A program made the position numbers and the translations under genes. A model generated the notes under the pieces. The model did not search any database and was not told the origin of the DNA. It saw only the letters and a program-made list of their open reading frames with translations. A stretch of DNA of 29,613 nucleotides from Gammaproteobacteria bacterium. Its GTDB lineage: Bacteria > Pseudomonadota > Gammaproteobacteria > JBPCXK01. Of this stretch, positions 9,177-18,272 are shown piece after piece. How positions within the stretch are numbered: position 1 is the stretch's first letter; each line of letters opens with the position of its first letter. The stretch spans positions 1 through 29,613 of the forward strand of contig JBPCXK010000123.1 in NCBI GenBank assembly GCA_051008635.1, written 5' to 3'.

Positions 9177-10006
9177 CAACCTTACCCTTTCGTGAATTCG
9201 ACCGCAGCTATCAAGACGCCGTTGTCTCGGTTCTGAAGTACTGGACTCGCGACATGCAGACCGAAATCGCGCGGCACTGCTACGACTGGGGGCCGGGACG
9301 CACCGACTTCACCGAGTATCTCGAATCTTCATCGGTACGCTACTACAGGGCCTATGAAGTGATTTCGCAGAATAGTTATGGTCAGAACGTTTGCGACATC
9401 GGCGGTCTCTGGGGCGTCTTACCGCTGACACTCAAAATGCTGGGATTCGAGAACGTTACGATGACCGAGTCGCTCAAGTACTACAGCCAGGCCTATGATT
9501 CATTGTTCGGCTACATCGCGGACAACGGCGTTCGCATCCATGATCTTGATCCGTTCGAGGGCGACCCACAGCTTCCACAAAAATTTGATGTCATTACAGT
9601 CATGGCCGTGCTCGAGCACTATCCTCATTCCCTCAAGACAGTCATGGCAAACCTCATTGCCATGCTGCCGGACAGCGGACGCCTGTACATCGAAGTACCC
9701 AACATTGCCTACTGGCCCAAAAGAACCGATCTGTTGCTGGGCCGATCGCCTCTCGCGAATCTGGCGTCAATTTATCAGTCGCAAACCCCTTTCATAGGAC
9801 ATCACCACGAGTTCACCATTTCAGAGCTGCGTGAGCTCATCAGGCTCAGTGGGCTCAAAGTTGTTGCCGAGCACTTCTACAACTATTCGGACGTCAGGAC
9901 CAAGTCGTGGTCTCAGAGGCTGCGCCACCCAGTCTTGAATCTGATATACACGCTACTGCGGGACAGCCGGGAAGTTCTGGCAGTCGAGACAACGAAGTGC
10001 CGGTAA
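9173..10006 (+). CDS. Class I SAM-dependent methyltransferase (type C)
   Basis: ATGA overlap with the wzx stop. VCDIGGLWG, FDVITVMAVLEH, LYIEVPN and HHHEF. Confidence 0.85.
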   Translation: MTTLPFREFDRSYQDAVVSVLKYWTRDMQTEIARHCYDWGPGRTDFTEYLESSSVRYYRAYEVISQNSYGQNVCDIGGLWGVLPLTLKMLGFENVTMTESLKYYSQAYDSLFGYIADNGVRIHDLDPFEGDPQLPQKFDVITVMAVLEHYPHSLKTVMANLIAMLPDSGRLYIEVPNIAYWPKRTDLLLGRSPLANLASIYQSQTPFIGHHHEFTISELRELIRLSGLKVVAEHFYNYSDVRTKSWSQRLRHPVLNLIYTLLRDSREVLAVETTKCR

Positions 10007-10080
10007 CAAACGGAAACTCGGCACAGCGAAATGGCCGAGCCGCAGGGACTGATTTCGGTTTGAAAAAGACATACAAGATC

Positions 10081-10111
10081 GTAAGGTGGGTTGAGCGCAG
10101 CAATACCCACC
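10081..10111 (+). repeat. REP-like palindrome
   Basis: GTAA-GGTGGGT-TGAGCGCAGCAAT-ACCCACC: 7-bp stem with a GTA tetranucleotide foot; core shared with the other REPs. Confidence 0.65.
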
Positions 10112-10157
10112 ATTACCAGTTCACATTACAAAGAACACACCGGTCTGGAGACCACGA

Positions 10158-11831
10158 GTGATCTGCGCTCTCACCGCCTACCCTCTTTCGCAGCTGTTCA
10201 AGCAGGAGTTTGAAACCACCATCGGCGCGGTACCGCAATACATGACGCTTGCGGAACTTCGGCGCATGACGTGGAAGGATCTGATTGCAAGGTTACGCTC
10301 GTCAGACGCAGACAAGTTCATTATCCCGTTGGAAGACGTGAGCGCCAGCGCCCTGCTTCCCGTGCTCGAGGTCGTGGCTGCGATCTCGAAGGCCGGCTCA
10401 ATAGAAGTCGTTTATCCCGATCTCAAATCCAGGCAAGTGCAGCGATGGCAGGTAGCCGCCTCGCTGGTATTCCTGCTTGCCTGCTCCGTTTCCGCGGCCG
10501 TAGCCGCCGTGGTATGCAAACTGCAGTTGTTCTATCTTTCCACGCAAAAACGCATTGTTGCCCACCGCAAGCAATCGAACAGCATCCTGTATTTGAAGAC
10601 CAACTTCTGGATAGGCGTCAAAGCAGGGGGCTCGGTTGGACACATAGCCGGCGTCGTGAATGCATTGATGGAACGGGGTCTCGGCGTTGATTTCGCGTCC
10701 GCGCAAGCGCCGGCCATGGTCAGACCCGGAGTCCGATTTCTCCTCGTACCCTTCCCCAAAGGTTTCGGTTTGCCGCCGGAACTGAATCTATATCGATTTC
10801 AGCGGCATTTTGTAAGCAAGGTGCGAAGCGCCATACGCAACAGAGAGCATTCTTTTATCTATCAGAGAATGTCCCTTTCGAACTATGCCGGCGTGATACT
10901 GTCCCGGCAAAGAGGGATTCCGCTCGTACTGGAGTACAACGGTTCGGAGGCGTGGGTGGCGAAAAACTGGGGACGCCCACTCGTGTTTCAACGGCTCGCC
11001 GTCCACGTTGAAAATGTCTGCCTGAAGCACGCTCACCTGGTCGTTACGGTCTCGGACGTACTGCGACAGGAGCTGATCAACCGCGGCGTCGAACCGGAGC
11101 GCATAGTGTGTTATCCGAACTGCGTCGATCCCGAGATCTTCGACCCTGAAAAATTCGGGCCTGAGAAACGCACACAGCTGCGCAAACAACATGGCATCAG
11201 GGAAAACGCCATCGTCGCCACCTTTGTCGGCACTTTCGGCCAATGGCACGGCGTCGACGTCCTCGCCCGCGCTATCAGACACTTACGGGACACGGAACCT
11301 GCGTGGCTCGAACAACATGACGTCCACTTTTTGCTGGTCGGTGACGGCCTGAAGATGCCTGAGGTAAGAGAAATCCTGGGCAACGATAGCTGCAGCGAAT
11401 TCGTGACCATCACCGGTCTCGTTCCTCAAGCGCAGGCGCCGGACTATCTGGCCATTTCGGATATTCTGCTCTCGCCACATGTCGACAATACCGATGGCAG
11501 TCGTTTCTTCGGCTCTCCTACCAAGTTGTTCGAATACATGGCCATGGGCAAGGCTATCGTCGCATCAGACCTGGAACAAATCGGTGAAATTCTCGACGGT
11601 TCACAGCACGTCGACCAGCTCGATTCATCCGATGGCGCCGAACGAGCTCTACAGGGCTGCGCGCTTCTGGTTTCGCCGGGCGCGGTCGAAGAGCTGGAAA
11701 CCGCGATCCGATTCATGGTAAAAAACGCGGGCGCTCGGGTCGCGATGGGGAGAATGGCGAGGGAGAGGGTACTAGAAAAATATACATGGAAGCATCACGT
11801 TGAGGCGCTTTTTCGAGGCCCGATTTCATGA
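10158..11831 (+). CDS. GT4 glycosyltransferase with N-terminal extension
   Basis: GTG start after GGAG. KAGGSVGH, LEYN, HAHLVVTVS, PNCVD, FVGTFGQWHG and SPTKLFEYMAMGKAIVASD. Confidence 0.9.
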   Translation: MICALTAYPLSQLFKQEFETTIGAVPQYMTLAELRRMTWKDLIARLRSSDADKFIIPLEDVSASALLPVLEVVAAISKAGSIEVVYPDLKSRQVQRWQVAASLVFLLACSVSAAVAAVVCKLQLFYLSTQKRIVAHRKQSNSILYLKTNFWIGVKAGGSVGHIAGVVNALMERGLGVDFASAQAPAMVRPGVRFLLVPFPKGFGLPPELNLYRFQRHFVSKVRSAIRNREHSFIYQRMSLSNYAGVILSRQRGIPLVLEYNGSEAWVAKNWGRPLVFQRLAVHVENVCLKHAHLVVTVSDVLRQELINRGVEPERIVCYPNCVDPEIFDPEKFGPEKRTQLRKQHGIRENAIVATFVGTFGQWHGVDVLARAIRHLRDTEPAWLEQHDVHFLLVGDGLKMPEVREILGNDSCSEFVTITGLVPQAQAPDYLAISDILLSPHVDNTDGSRFFGSPTKLFEYMAMGKAIVASDLEQIGEILDGSQHVDQLDSSDGAERALQGCALLVSPGAVEELETAIRFMVKNAGARVAMGRMARERVLEKYTWKHHVEALFRGPIS

Positions 11832-11844
11832 GGAGAGTCAAGAA

Positions 11845-13404
11845 TTGAAAGTCACTGAGTGGGATCTGTCCCCACTGATTGTTTTTGTCCTGGCATATAT
11901 TGTAACGGGTTATGTGGGGGTCATGCTGTTGCTGTACGGGCCGCCCGCTTACAGTCATCTCTACACCTACTTCTCCGGCGTTGAGGTACCCGCCTTCACG
12001 GCGCAGGAGCGTTCGAAACTGCTCTATTTGCTGCATCTTCCAATCCTGGCTCTCGGTGCGGCCTACGCGGCAACGACGGTGATGCTGAAATCTTTGTGGA
12101 ACACTCGGAATACAAGCAACGCGGGGATTGAGTCTGGAACGGTACCAGCGGGGTTACTCCTGTTATCGATACTCGTTGCCATGATATCGCTCTACCGCGG
12201 AGAGGCGTTCGCCAATGCGGGCGCGTGGCTGGATCATGACCGATGGATTGCGATGCGCTGGCAGTTGTTCGACAGATTGTCGTTCTTCGAATTCGTCAAC
12301 ATCTATGTATTGATGCCCGCCTTGTCCGCGCTGGTAATAGTTCATCTGGGCGCTCGCAGATGGGTCTTGTCGGTAGCGGTAGTGACTATCGGCCTGGCGC
12401 TTTCTTTGCTGCTGTTCCAGAAGAAGCAGGTGATTGTCTACCTGCTGTTCGTTGCGGTGGCGTACACCCTGAGGAGGGGCGGCAACGCGCGGATCTGGCG
12501 CAATATGGTGATTGGCGGGGTGGCAATCGTGGGCGCCTATGTTGCCCTGGTGATCGTCCCGACGTTGGGGAAAGGCGATCTGTCTTCGATAGAGCGCATC
12601 AGCAGAGGCGATCCGGTCAGCATGGACTTCGCTAAGTTGGCCAGCGAGTCTCGTGAAGAAAAAAGGGATCAGGAAGTCGCCCGCAGATCCCCAAGAACCG
12701 CGGTTGGCGACGACTCTCCGGATTCCGAGAGCAATGACGGTTTCACGAAATTGGCGGATAGCCGTGACAAAAGTCCGGCCGCAGACGAACCACACCTGAT
12801 GAGTTTGTTCCGTACGCAAGTCTTCGAAGACACTGTCAATCACTACCTGGAGATGGAGTCCCGGGGCCAACAACTGTTGTATACGATGAGCTCGGTCATC
12901 TTTCGTTGCTCCGCTCCTGCGATCTTCTATCCAAGAATCTTCCCTGAACAACATCCATTTTACGGGCTGGATCTGCCCTTCGACCGGATGGCCGCCGATG
13001 ACAACCGCGTGGTGTGGAACTTCATGTGGCCGAACACACCGGGCGGCAGCATCGCGTCCGCGGTGCAGTTCTCGTTGTACGCCCAGATCGGCGTGCCGGG
13101 TGCGATCTTCTGGAGCGGGGCAGTCGGCGCGTTTCTGGCCCTCCTCTGGTTTGCAATGACCGCCGGTTGGTTCAGAAGATCACTTGCAGCCGTGTGGGGA
13201 ACGACCGTTGTGATGTTTGCAATATTCCTGGCCATAGACAGCCTGCGCAACGCATTGATAGTGAGCTATGGCATGATCTGGGCACTTATGCTGGTAGCAG
13301 CAATGGAACTCACGTTTCGCCTCATGGAGCGACAACGCGCGGGGGCCCTCCACCCCCCCAACTCGATTCGGCGCACCATCCCGACTTCCGCAACTCAGGG
13401 CTGA
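11845..13404 (+). CDS. Polytopic membrane protein, probable Wzy O-antigen/EPS polymerase
   Basis: TTG start after GAGGAG. Many hydrophobic helices, a large polar loop, QKKQ and FR motifs; located in a wzx-containing operon. Wzy proteins are poorly conserved, so the call is largely contextual. Confidence 0.6.
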   Translation: MKVTEWDLSPLIVFVLAYIVTGYVGVMLLLYGPPAYSHLYTYFSGVEVPAFTAQERSKLLYLLHLPILALGAAYAATTVMLKSLWNTRNTSNAGIESGTVPAGLLLLSILVAMISLYRGEAFANAGAWLDHDRWIAMRWQLFDRLSFFEFVNIYVLMPALSALVIVHLGARRWVLSVAVVTIGLALSLLLFQKKQVIVYLLFVAVAYTLRRGGNARIWRNMVIGGVAIVGAYVALVIVPTLGKGDLSSIERISRGDPVSMDFAKLASESREEKRDQEVARRSPRTAVGDDSPDSESNDGFTKLADSRDKSPAADEPHLMSLFRTQVFEDTVNHYLEMESRGQQLLYTMSSVIFRCSAPAIFYPRIFPEQHPFYGLDLPFDRMAADDNRVVWNFMWPNTPGGSIASAVQFSLYAQIGVPGAIFWSGAVGAFLALLWFAMTAGWFRRSLAAVWGTTVVMFAIFLAIDSLRNALIVSYGMIWALMLVAAMELTFRLMERQRAGALHPPNSIRRTIPTSATQG

Positions 13405-13661
13405 AACGATAGTAAGTCGTTGATTTTTGGTTGCGGGAGGCCCAGGGGTCGGCACTACAAAGCATCGACCCGATGAGTGGCGGGGGGAGGTGCGCCTACG
13501 CCGAGATTCCTGGGGGTGGTTGCTCGAGAAACTGCGCCAACGTAGTCCTGTCGCTGGTGTTGCCCGGCATCACCTCATAGGCCAGCGGGAAACCTTGTGC
13601 GGTCACGATCAACGCGATCACCACCTGCACGCAGTCCGGGCGCTGGTCGCGCGCGACTATA
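13380..13661 (-). mobile_element. IS1634-family remnant (3' end with internal deletion)
   Basis: Minus strand encodes RDQRPDCVQVVIALIVTAQGFPLAYEVMPGNTSDRTTLAQFLEQ, a typical IS1634 DDE segment, fused to QPPPGISA (resembles the C-terminal QPPP motif). This is followed by GTAGTGCCGACC...AAAATCAACGACTTAC...GAGTTGCGGAAGTCGGG, which I recall as an IS1634-like right end. Confidence 0.75.
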
Positions 13662-13691
13662 GGCGTGTCGCAAAAGTCCACGACGGCACCC

Positions 13692-13724
13692 GTAGGTTGG
13701 CGCTGAGCGAAAGCGAAGCCCAAC
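13692..13724 (+). repeat. GTAG-type REP
   Basis: GTAG-GTTGGCGCTGAGCGAAAGCGAAGCCCAAC, nearly identical to the copies at 18550 and 26438. Confidence 0.8.
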
Positions 13725-13929
13725 TGCAGTACCGCGGTGTCCGTAGCAAGCTGTCGGCTGGTCTCGACAGACCTTTGGTCCGCGCAACGGGTACCAGAAT
13801 ATCAGTCAAATAAACCGCTCATCGGCCATTACCACGAGTTCGCTATCGTGATGTGCGCGGGCTGGGTATCCGAGTAAATCCAAAGCTTTAAGGCACCTCG
13901 ATGTTGTCAGATTCTCGGCCCTGGTCGGA

Positions 13930-14082
13930 GCAATATTTCTTGCAATCGACAGTCTACGCAACGCGCTGATAGTGAGCCACGGTGTGATTCGGGCGCTCAT
14001 GCCGGTAAGCATGGAGATCGCGTTTCGATGCAGCGAGCAAAGATGCCAGCGCATACAGCTACCCTGTAGCAGGGTTGCTTAG
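13930..14082 (+). pseudogene. Relic 3' end of a second wzy-like allele
   Basis: Encodes AIFLAIDSLRNALIVSHGVIRALMPVSMEIAFR versus AIFLAIDSLRNALIVSYGMIWALMLVAAMELTFR from 13219 onward. TAG at 14080-14082. Confidence 0.85.
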
Positions 14083-14084
14083 GA

Positions 14085-15791
14085 TTGGAAACTTCTTTCC
14101 GGTACCCGTTCGACCAGAACCCTCATAGCGTGCGCGCCTGTGCTGCTACGATTTCCCGATACTTCCATACGCTTCGTTATCTGAAGCGAAGCCAGATCGT
14201 CGGGCGGCTGCTGCACCGCCTGTCGCGTCCGCAACCGGATTTACGCTCCGCCCCACCCTTGCGAAACCGCGCCGAAAATCGTGGCATCCCGGGGCCGGCG
14301 GAACCGCCCTGTCTGCTGGAGAAGTGGCGGTTTCGCTTTCTCAATGAAGACCACGCCCTCCAGTCGGCCTCGGACTGGAACAACCCGCACTGGGAAAAAT
14401 TGTGGCTCTACAACCTCCATTATTTTGGCGACCTCAATGCTGCCGAGTCTGCAGATCGGCAACACCGGCATCAAGAGCTGATCGAAAAGTGGATACGCGA
14501 GAACCTGCCGGGCCACGGCGTCGGCTGGGATCCGTATCCAACTTCGCTGAGGATTGTTAACTGGATCCAATGGGCACTGAGATTCGGCGCCCTCTCCGGC
14601 AACGCCGCGCAATCCCTTGCTGTGCAGACACGCTGGTTGCGGCGACGCCTGGAGTGTCATCTTCTTGGCAATCATCTTTTCGCGAACGCCAAAGCTCTCG
14701 TGTTCGCCGGCCTTTTCTTCGACGGTGAAGAGGCCGATCGCTGGCTGCGGCAGGGGCTGACGCTTCTCGACAGCCAGATCGGCGAGCAGATACTTGCCGA
14801 CGGCGGCCATTTCGAGCGCAGCCCGATGTACCACTCCATGATCCTCGAAGACGTGCTGGATTTGATCAGCCTTTTCAGAGTTTTTGACCGAAAGACACCC
14901 GAGCAGTGGCTTGATGCGGTCACGCGCATGCATCGTTGGTTGCGCGTCATGACCCATCCGGACGGCAACATTTCGTTCTTCAACGACGCCGCAGTGGGCG
15001 TCGCCGCCTCGCCGGCAGAACTTGACGAATACACATCGAGACTCGCACTTGAACCACCTGAACCGTCGGGCGCTGGCCTGACCCTGCTGGAGGACAGCGG
15101 CTATGCGCGACTCCGCGCCGGACAGGCGACACTATTGGTGGACGTCGCTCCGGTCGGGCCCGACTACCTGCCCGCACACGCGCATGCGGACGCATTGAGC
15201 TTCGAACTTTCCGCCGACAGCCGGAGAGTACTGGTCAATTCCGGCACTTCGGTATACGGCAACGGCGCCGAACGTAAGCGGCAACGCGGTACGGCGGCTC
15301 ATAACACAGTGTGTATCAATGATGAGGATTCATCGGAAGTCTGGGATGCATTCCGGGTCGCGCGACGCGCAAGAGTCTTCAACGTCGAATCGGCATCGGA
15401 CGACACATTACACATAGCCGCCGCGCATGATGGATATCGACACCTCTTCGGGAGACCGATACATCGTCGCCGGTGGGCAATGACTGAAAATGAATTGATC
15501 GTTGAGGATGGTATTTCAGGGACTGGCATCCACAAAATTGAAATTCGATTCCACGCACACCCGGAATTCGCCATTCACAAAGCTACCGGTAACAGGTTCG
15601 AATTTCGAGACGCCGCAGATTCTACAGTGCTCGAGATGCAGCTGGATGATCAGCTGGCAAGCCGCATAGAAGCAAGTTCCTACCATAGCGAGTTCGGCCT
15701 GTCCCAACCGAATCAGGTGGTTTCAGGTGTATTTATCGGGGCGCTTCCCATCAAACTAAGCTCGCGCATGGCCTGGCCGCGAGACGGCTGA
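14085..15791 (+). CDS. Heparinase II/III-family protein
   Basis: LWLYNLHYF, WDPYPTSLRIVNW, GNHLFANAKAL, DGGHFERSPMYH, HAHADALSFEL and RGTAAHNTV. True start could be GTG 14130. Confidence 0.92.
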   Translation: METSFRYPFDQNPHSVRACAATISRYFHTLRYLKRSQIVGRLLHRLSRPQPDLRSAPPLRNRAENRGIPGPAEPPCLLEKWRFRFLNEDHALQSASDWNNPHWEKLWLYNLHYFGDLNAAESADRQHRHQELIEKWIRENLPGHGVGWDPYPTSLRIVNWIQWALRFGALSGNAAQSLAVQTRWLRRRLECHLLGNHLFANAKALVFAGLFFDGEEADRWLRQGLTLLDSQIGEQILADGGHFERSPMYHSMILEDVLDLISLFRVFDRKTPEQWLDAVTRMHRWLRVMTHPDGNISFFNDAAVGVAASPAELDEYTSRLALEPPEPSGAGLTLLEDSGYARLRAGQATLLVDVAPVGPDYLPAHAHADALSFELSADSRRVLVNSGTSVYGNGAERKRQRGTAAHNTVCINDEDSSEVWDAFRVARRARVFNVESASDDTLHIAAAHDGYRHLFGRPIHRRRWAMTENELIVEDGISGTGIHKIEIRFHAHPEFAIHKATGNRFEFRDAADSTVLEMQLDDQLASRIEASSYHSEFGLSQPNQVVSGVFIGALPIKLSSRMAWPRDG

Positions 15792-15812
15792 CGATAGTTT
15801 AACACTGCGGCA

Positions 15813-16982
15813 ATGCGAATCCTGATTCTCAGCTTTTACTACCCACCGGATCTTTCGGCCGGGTCCTTTCGGACGCAGGGGCTCGTCAAAGCGTTGGAAG
15901 AAAAGATGTCGCCAAATGGAGAGATTGAAGTTGTAACCAGTCTCCCGAACCGCTATCACTCCCTGTCAACGGACGCGGATGAAGTGGAAGAAAACGGCGC
16001 TGTCCGCATCAAGCGGATACCGGTTCCATCGCATCGCAGCGGCCTGATCGATCAGTCTGTTGCATTTGGCGTCTTTGCTCTAAAGGCCTTTTCGTATGCA
16101 AGGCGCGGGAACTACGATCTTGTCTATGCGACCTCTTCCCGCTTGTTCACGGCTTTTCTCGGCGCCGTAATCGCCAGGCGCAGTAATATTCCGCTCTATC
16201 TCGATATCCGGGATATCTTTGTGGACACGATTCAGGAAGTGCTGCCACGAAGCCTGGGATTGGGGTTGCTGCCTACTCTGCGGGCGATCGAACGATACAC
16301 CATAAAAGCAGCGGCTCGCGTCAATTTGGTGTCCGAAGGATTCAGGCAATACTTCAGGAGCGGGTATCCCAATCAGACTTTCTCTTTCTTTCCCAATGGG
16401 ATCGACGAAGAATTTCTTGGCGTCGACTTCACCAAAGCTGAAACGAACAAAACACCGATTGTTCTGTACGCCGGCAACATCGGAAAAGGACAAGGACTCG
16501 ACAAAATCGTTCCGGAGTTGGCCAGCAAATCAATGGAGCACGAATTCTGGATCGTCGGAGACGGTGGCGCAAAACAGCCGCTCGAGAAGGGCCTGCGAAA
16601 GAAAGGCGCAGAAAATGTAAGGCTATCAACCCCGATCAATAGATCAAGACTCATTCAGCTGTATGCTGACGCCGATTATTTGTTTCTGCACTTGAATGAC
16701 TACCAGGCATTCAGGAGAGTGTTGCCCTCGAAGATATTCGAGTACGCGGCAACCGGAAAACCGATACTGGCCGGCGTCGATGGCTATGCGGCCGATTTTC
16801 TGCGCGAGAATGTAGACAATGTGGCGGTGTTTCCGCCTTGCGACGCGTCCGCGGCCGTGGATGCCATCCAAACGCTGTCCGAACGGCATACGCCACGCCC
16901 CAAGTTCATCAGCCGATTCGAAAGGAAGCTGGTAATGCGTGGACTTGCGGCAGACCTGCTTATGCTGCAGTTGCGCAATTAG
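15813..16982 (+). CDS. GT4 glycosyltransferase (WbuB-like)
   Basis: SFYYPPD, YATSSRL, LDIRD, YAGNIG and LPSKIFEYAA. Confidence 0.9.
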   Translation: MRILILSFYYPPDLSAGSFRTQGLVKALEEKMSPNGEIEVVTSLPNRYHSLSTDADEVEENGAVRIKRIPVPSHRSGLIDQSVAFGVFALKAFSYARRGNYDLVYATSSRLFTAFLGAVIARRSNIPLYLDIRDIFVDTIQEVLPRSLGLGLLPTLRAIERYTIKAAARVNLVSEGFRQYFRSGYPNQTFSFFPNGIDEEFLGVDFTKAETNKTPIVLYAGNIGKGQGLDKIVPELASKSMEHEFWIVGDGGAKQPLEKGLRKKGAENVRLSTPINRSRLIQLYADADYLFLHLNDYQAFRRVLPSKIFEYAATGKPILAGVDGYAADFLRENVDNVAVFPPCDASAAVDAIQTLSERHTPRPKFISRFERKLVMRGLAADLLMLQLRN

Positions 16983-17006
16983 GGAATGCTGATCAAGTCC
17001 GATCCG

Positions 17007-18272
17007 TCATTTCGACCGGAGCGACAAACCCTCTACTTTACTGGCTGCGCCAGAGACGGGCACAGCGCCCCGCCGATGAGGTCGATGGCCATCACGGACC
17101 CTTTCGTCCAGCAGTTCCTGGTAGACACCAAGCGTCTGCTCCACAACGTGCTCAATGGCGAACCCGGATTCAGCGTATTCTCGCCCCGCCTCACCCATTC
17201 GGCGCCTGAGCTCAGTGTCCTTCAGTAGCGTTTCTACGGCATCGGCAAGCGCACGGGAATTCTGGGGCGGAACCAACACACCCGTAACACCATTCTTCAC
17301 AATCTCCCGGCATCCCGGCACATCGGTGGCAACAATAGCTCTGCCGCTGGCCGCCGCTTCAATGAGCACCTTCGGCAAGCCCTCCCGATAAGACGGTAGA
17401 CACGCGAGATGGCACGCACGGAACACCGCGGACATGTCTTCCCTGTATCCCCACCATTCGACGGTCGTAGAGTCGCGCCATTCCTTTAGTTGCTGCTCCG
17501 GTATCGCAGCCGGGTTGCCGTCGTCACTTTCTCCAACCAGGACAAAGCGCGCCTCAACACCCCGATCGCTCAGCAAGCTGGCGGCGTCCACAAACTCGCC
17601 AACGCCCTTGTCCCACAACATCCGGGACGCAAGAACAACCGTCGGCTTACCATTCTGTTCCGGATAAGCCGCGAAATCGTCCAGATCTATGCCTGAACCC
17701 CGAATTAAAGTGGTCGTTTTGGGCTCGACCAGGCCCCGCCCGACAAACAACTGCCGGTCATCCGGATTCTGAAATATAACCCGCGAATTCCGATGCGCCA
17801 GCGCGACACGATACGCGAAATCCACGAACAGGCGCCTCAGCCTCGCCTTGATCCCGCTCGCAATATACAGATACCCAAGCCCCGACACCGCACTGACAAC
17901 AGCGGGTACTCGAGACAAGCGGGCCGCCACCCCGCCGTACAGAACCGGCTTGATCGTGACGTGATGAGCAACATCGGGACGCAACTTCAGGTGGAGCTTG
18001 AGTATCGCGGCGAACGTTCTGAGCTCCCCCCAGATGCTCGTGCCGCTCCGCGTTATGGGTAGCGGATGAAATTCCAGATCGCTATTCTCAATGAGCGATG
18101 CGTCGCAACCGCCCGCTGTTGCGACATGTACATCATAGCCAGCTTTGCGCGCAGCCAAGGCAAGCGCCAGCCTATGCGAGAGGAAGAATCCGAGATCATT
18201 GACTACAAAGAGCACCCTGTGATAAGCGCCCACCCCAGAAACCCTCGCGTCACGCGAATACATTTCCGACAT
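17007..18272 (-). CDS. GT4 glycosyltransferase (CapM/PglA-like)
   Basis: FFLSHRL, HHVTIKP, VIFQNPDD, SRMLWDKGVGEF and PSYREGLPKVLIEAAA. Confidence 0.92.
   Translation of the reverse strand: MSEMYSRDARVSGVGAYHRVLFVVNDLGFFLSHRLALALAARKAGYDVHVATAGGCDASLIENSDLEFHPLPITRSGTSIWGELRTFAAILKLHLKLRPDVAHHVTIKPVLYGGVAARLSRVPAVVSAVSGLGYLYIASGIKARLRRLFVDFAYRVALAHRNSRVIFQNPDDRQLFVGRGLVEPKTTTLIRGSGIDLDDFAAYPEQNGKPTVVLASRMLWDKGVGEFVDAASLLSDRGVEARFVLVGESDDGNPAAIPEQQLKEWRDSTTVEWWGYREDMSAVFRACHLACLPSYREGLPKVLIEAAASGRAIVATDVPGCREIVKNGVTGVLVPPQNSRALADAVETLLKDTELRRRMGEAGREYAESGFAIEHVVEQTLGVYQELLDERVRDGHRPHRRGAVPVSGAASKVEGLSLRSK

Noticed and set aside
13427-14054. ORFs 13427..13813 (+) and 13806..14054 (-) as real genes
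   Set aside because: They are shadow frames over the IS remnant, the REP and the antisense of the wzy relic.
14050-14080. JUMPstart/ops element (GGTAGCTG on the minus strand; ACCCTG-TAG-CAGGGT hairpin)
   Set aside because: No GGCGGTAG ops core, wrong orientation for the downstream operon, and it lies in the relic's coding tail.
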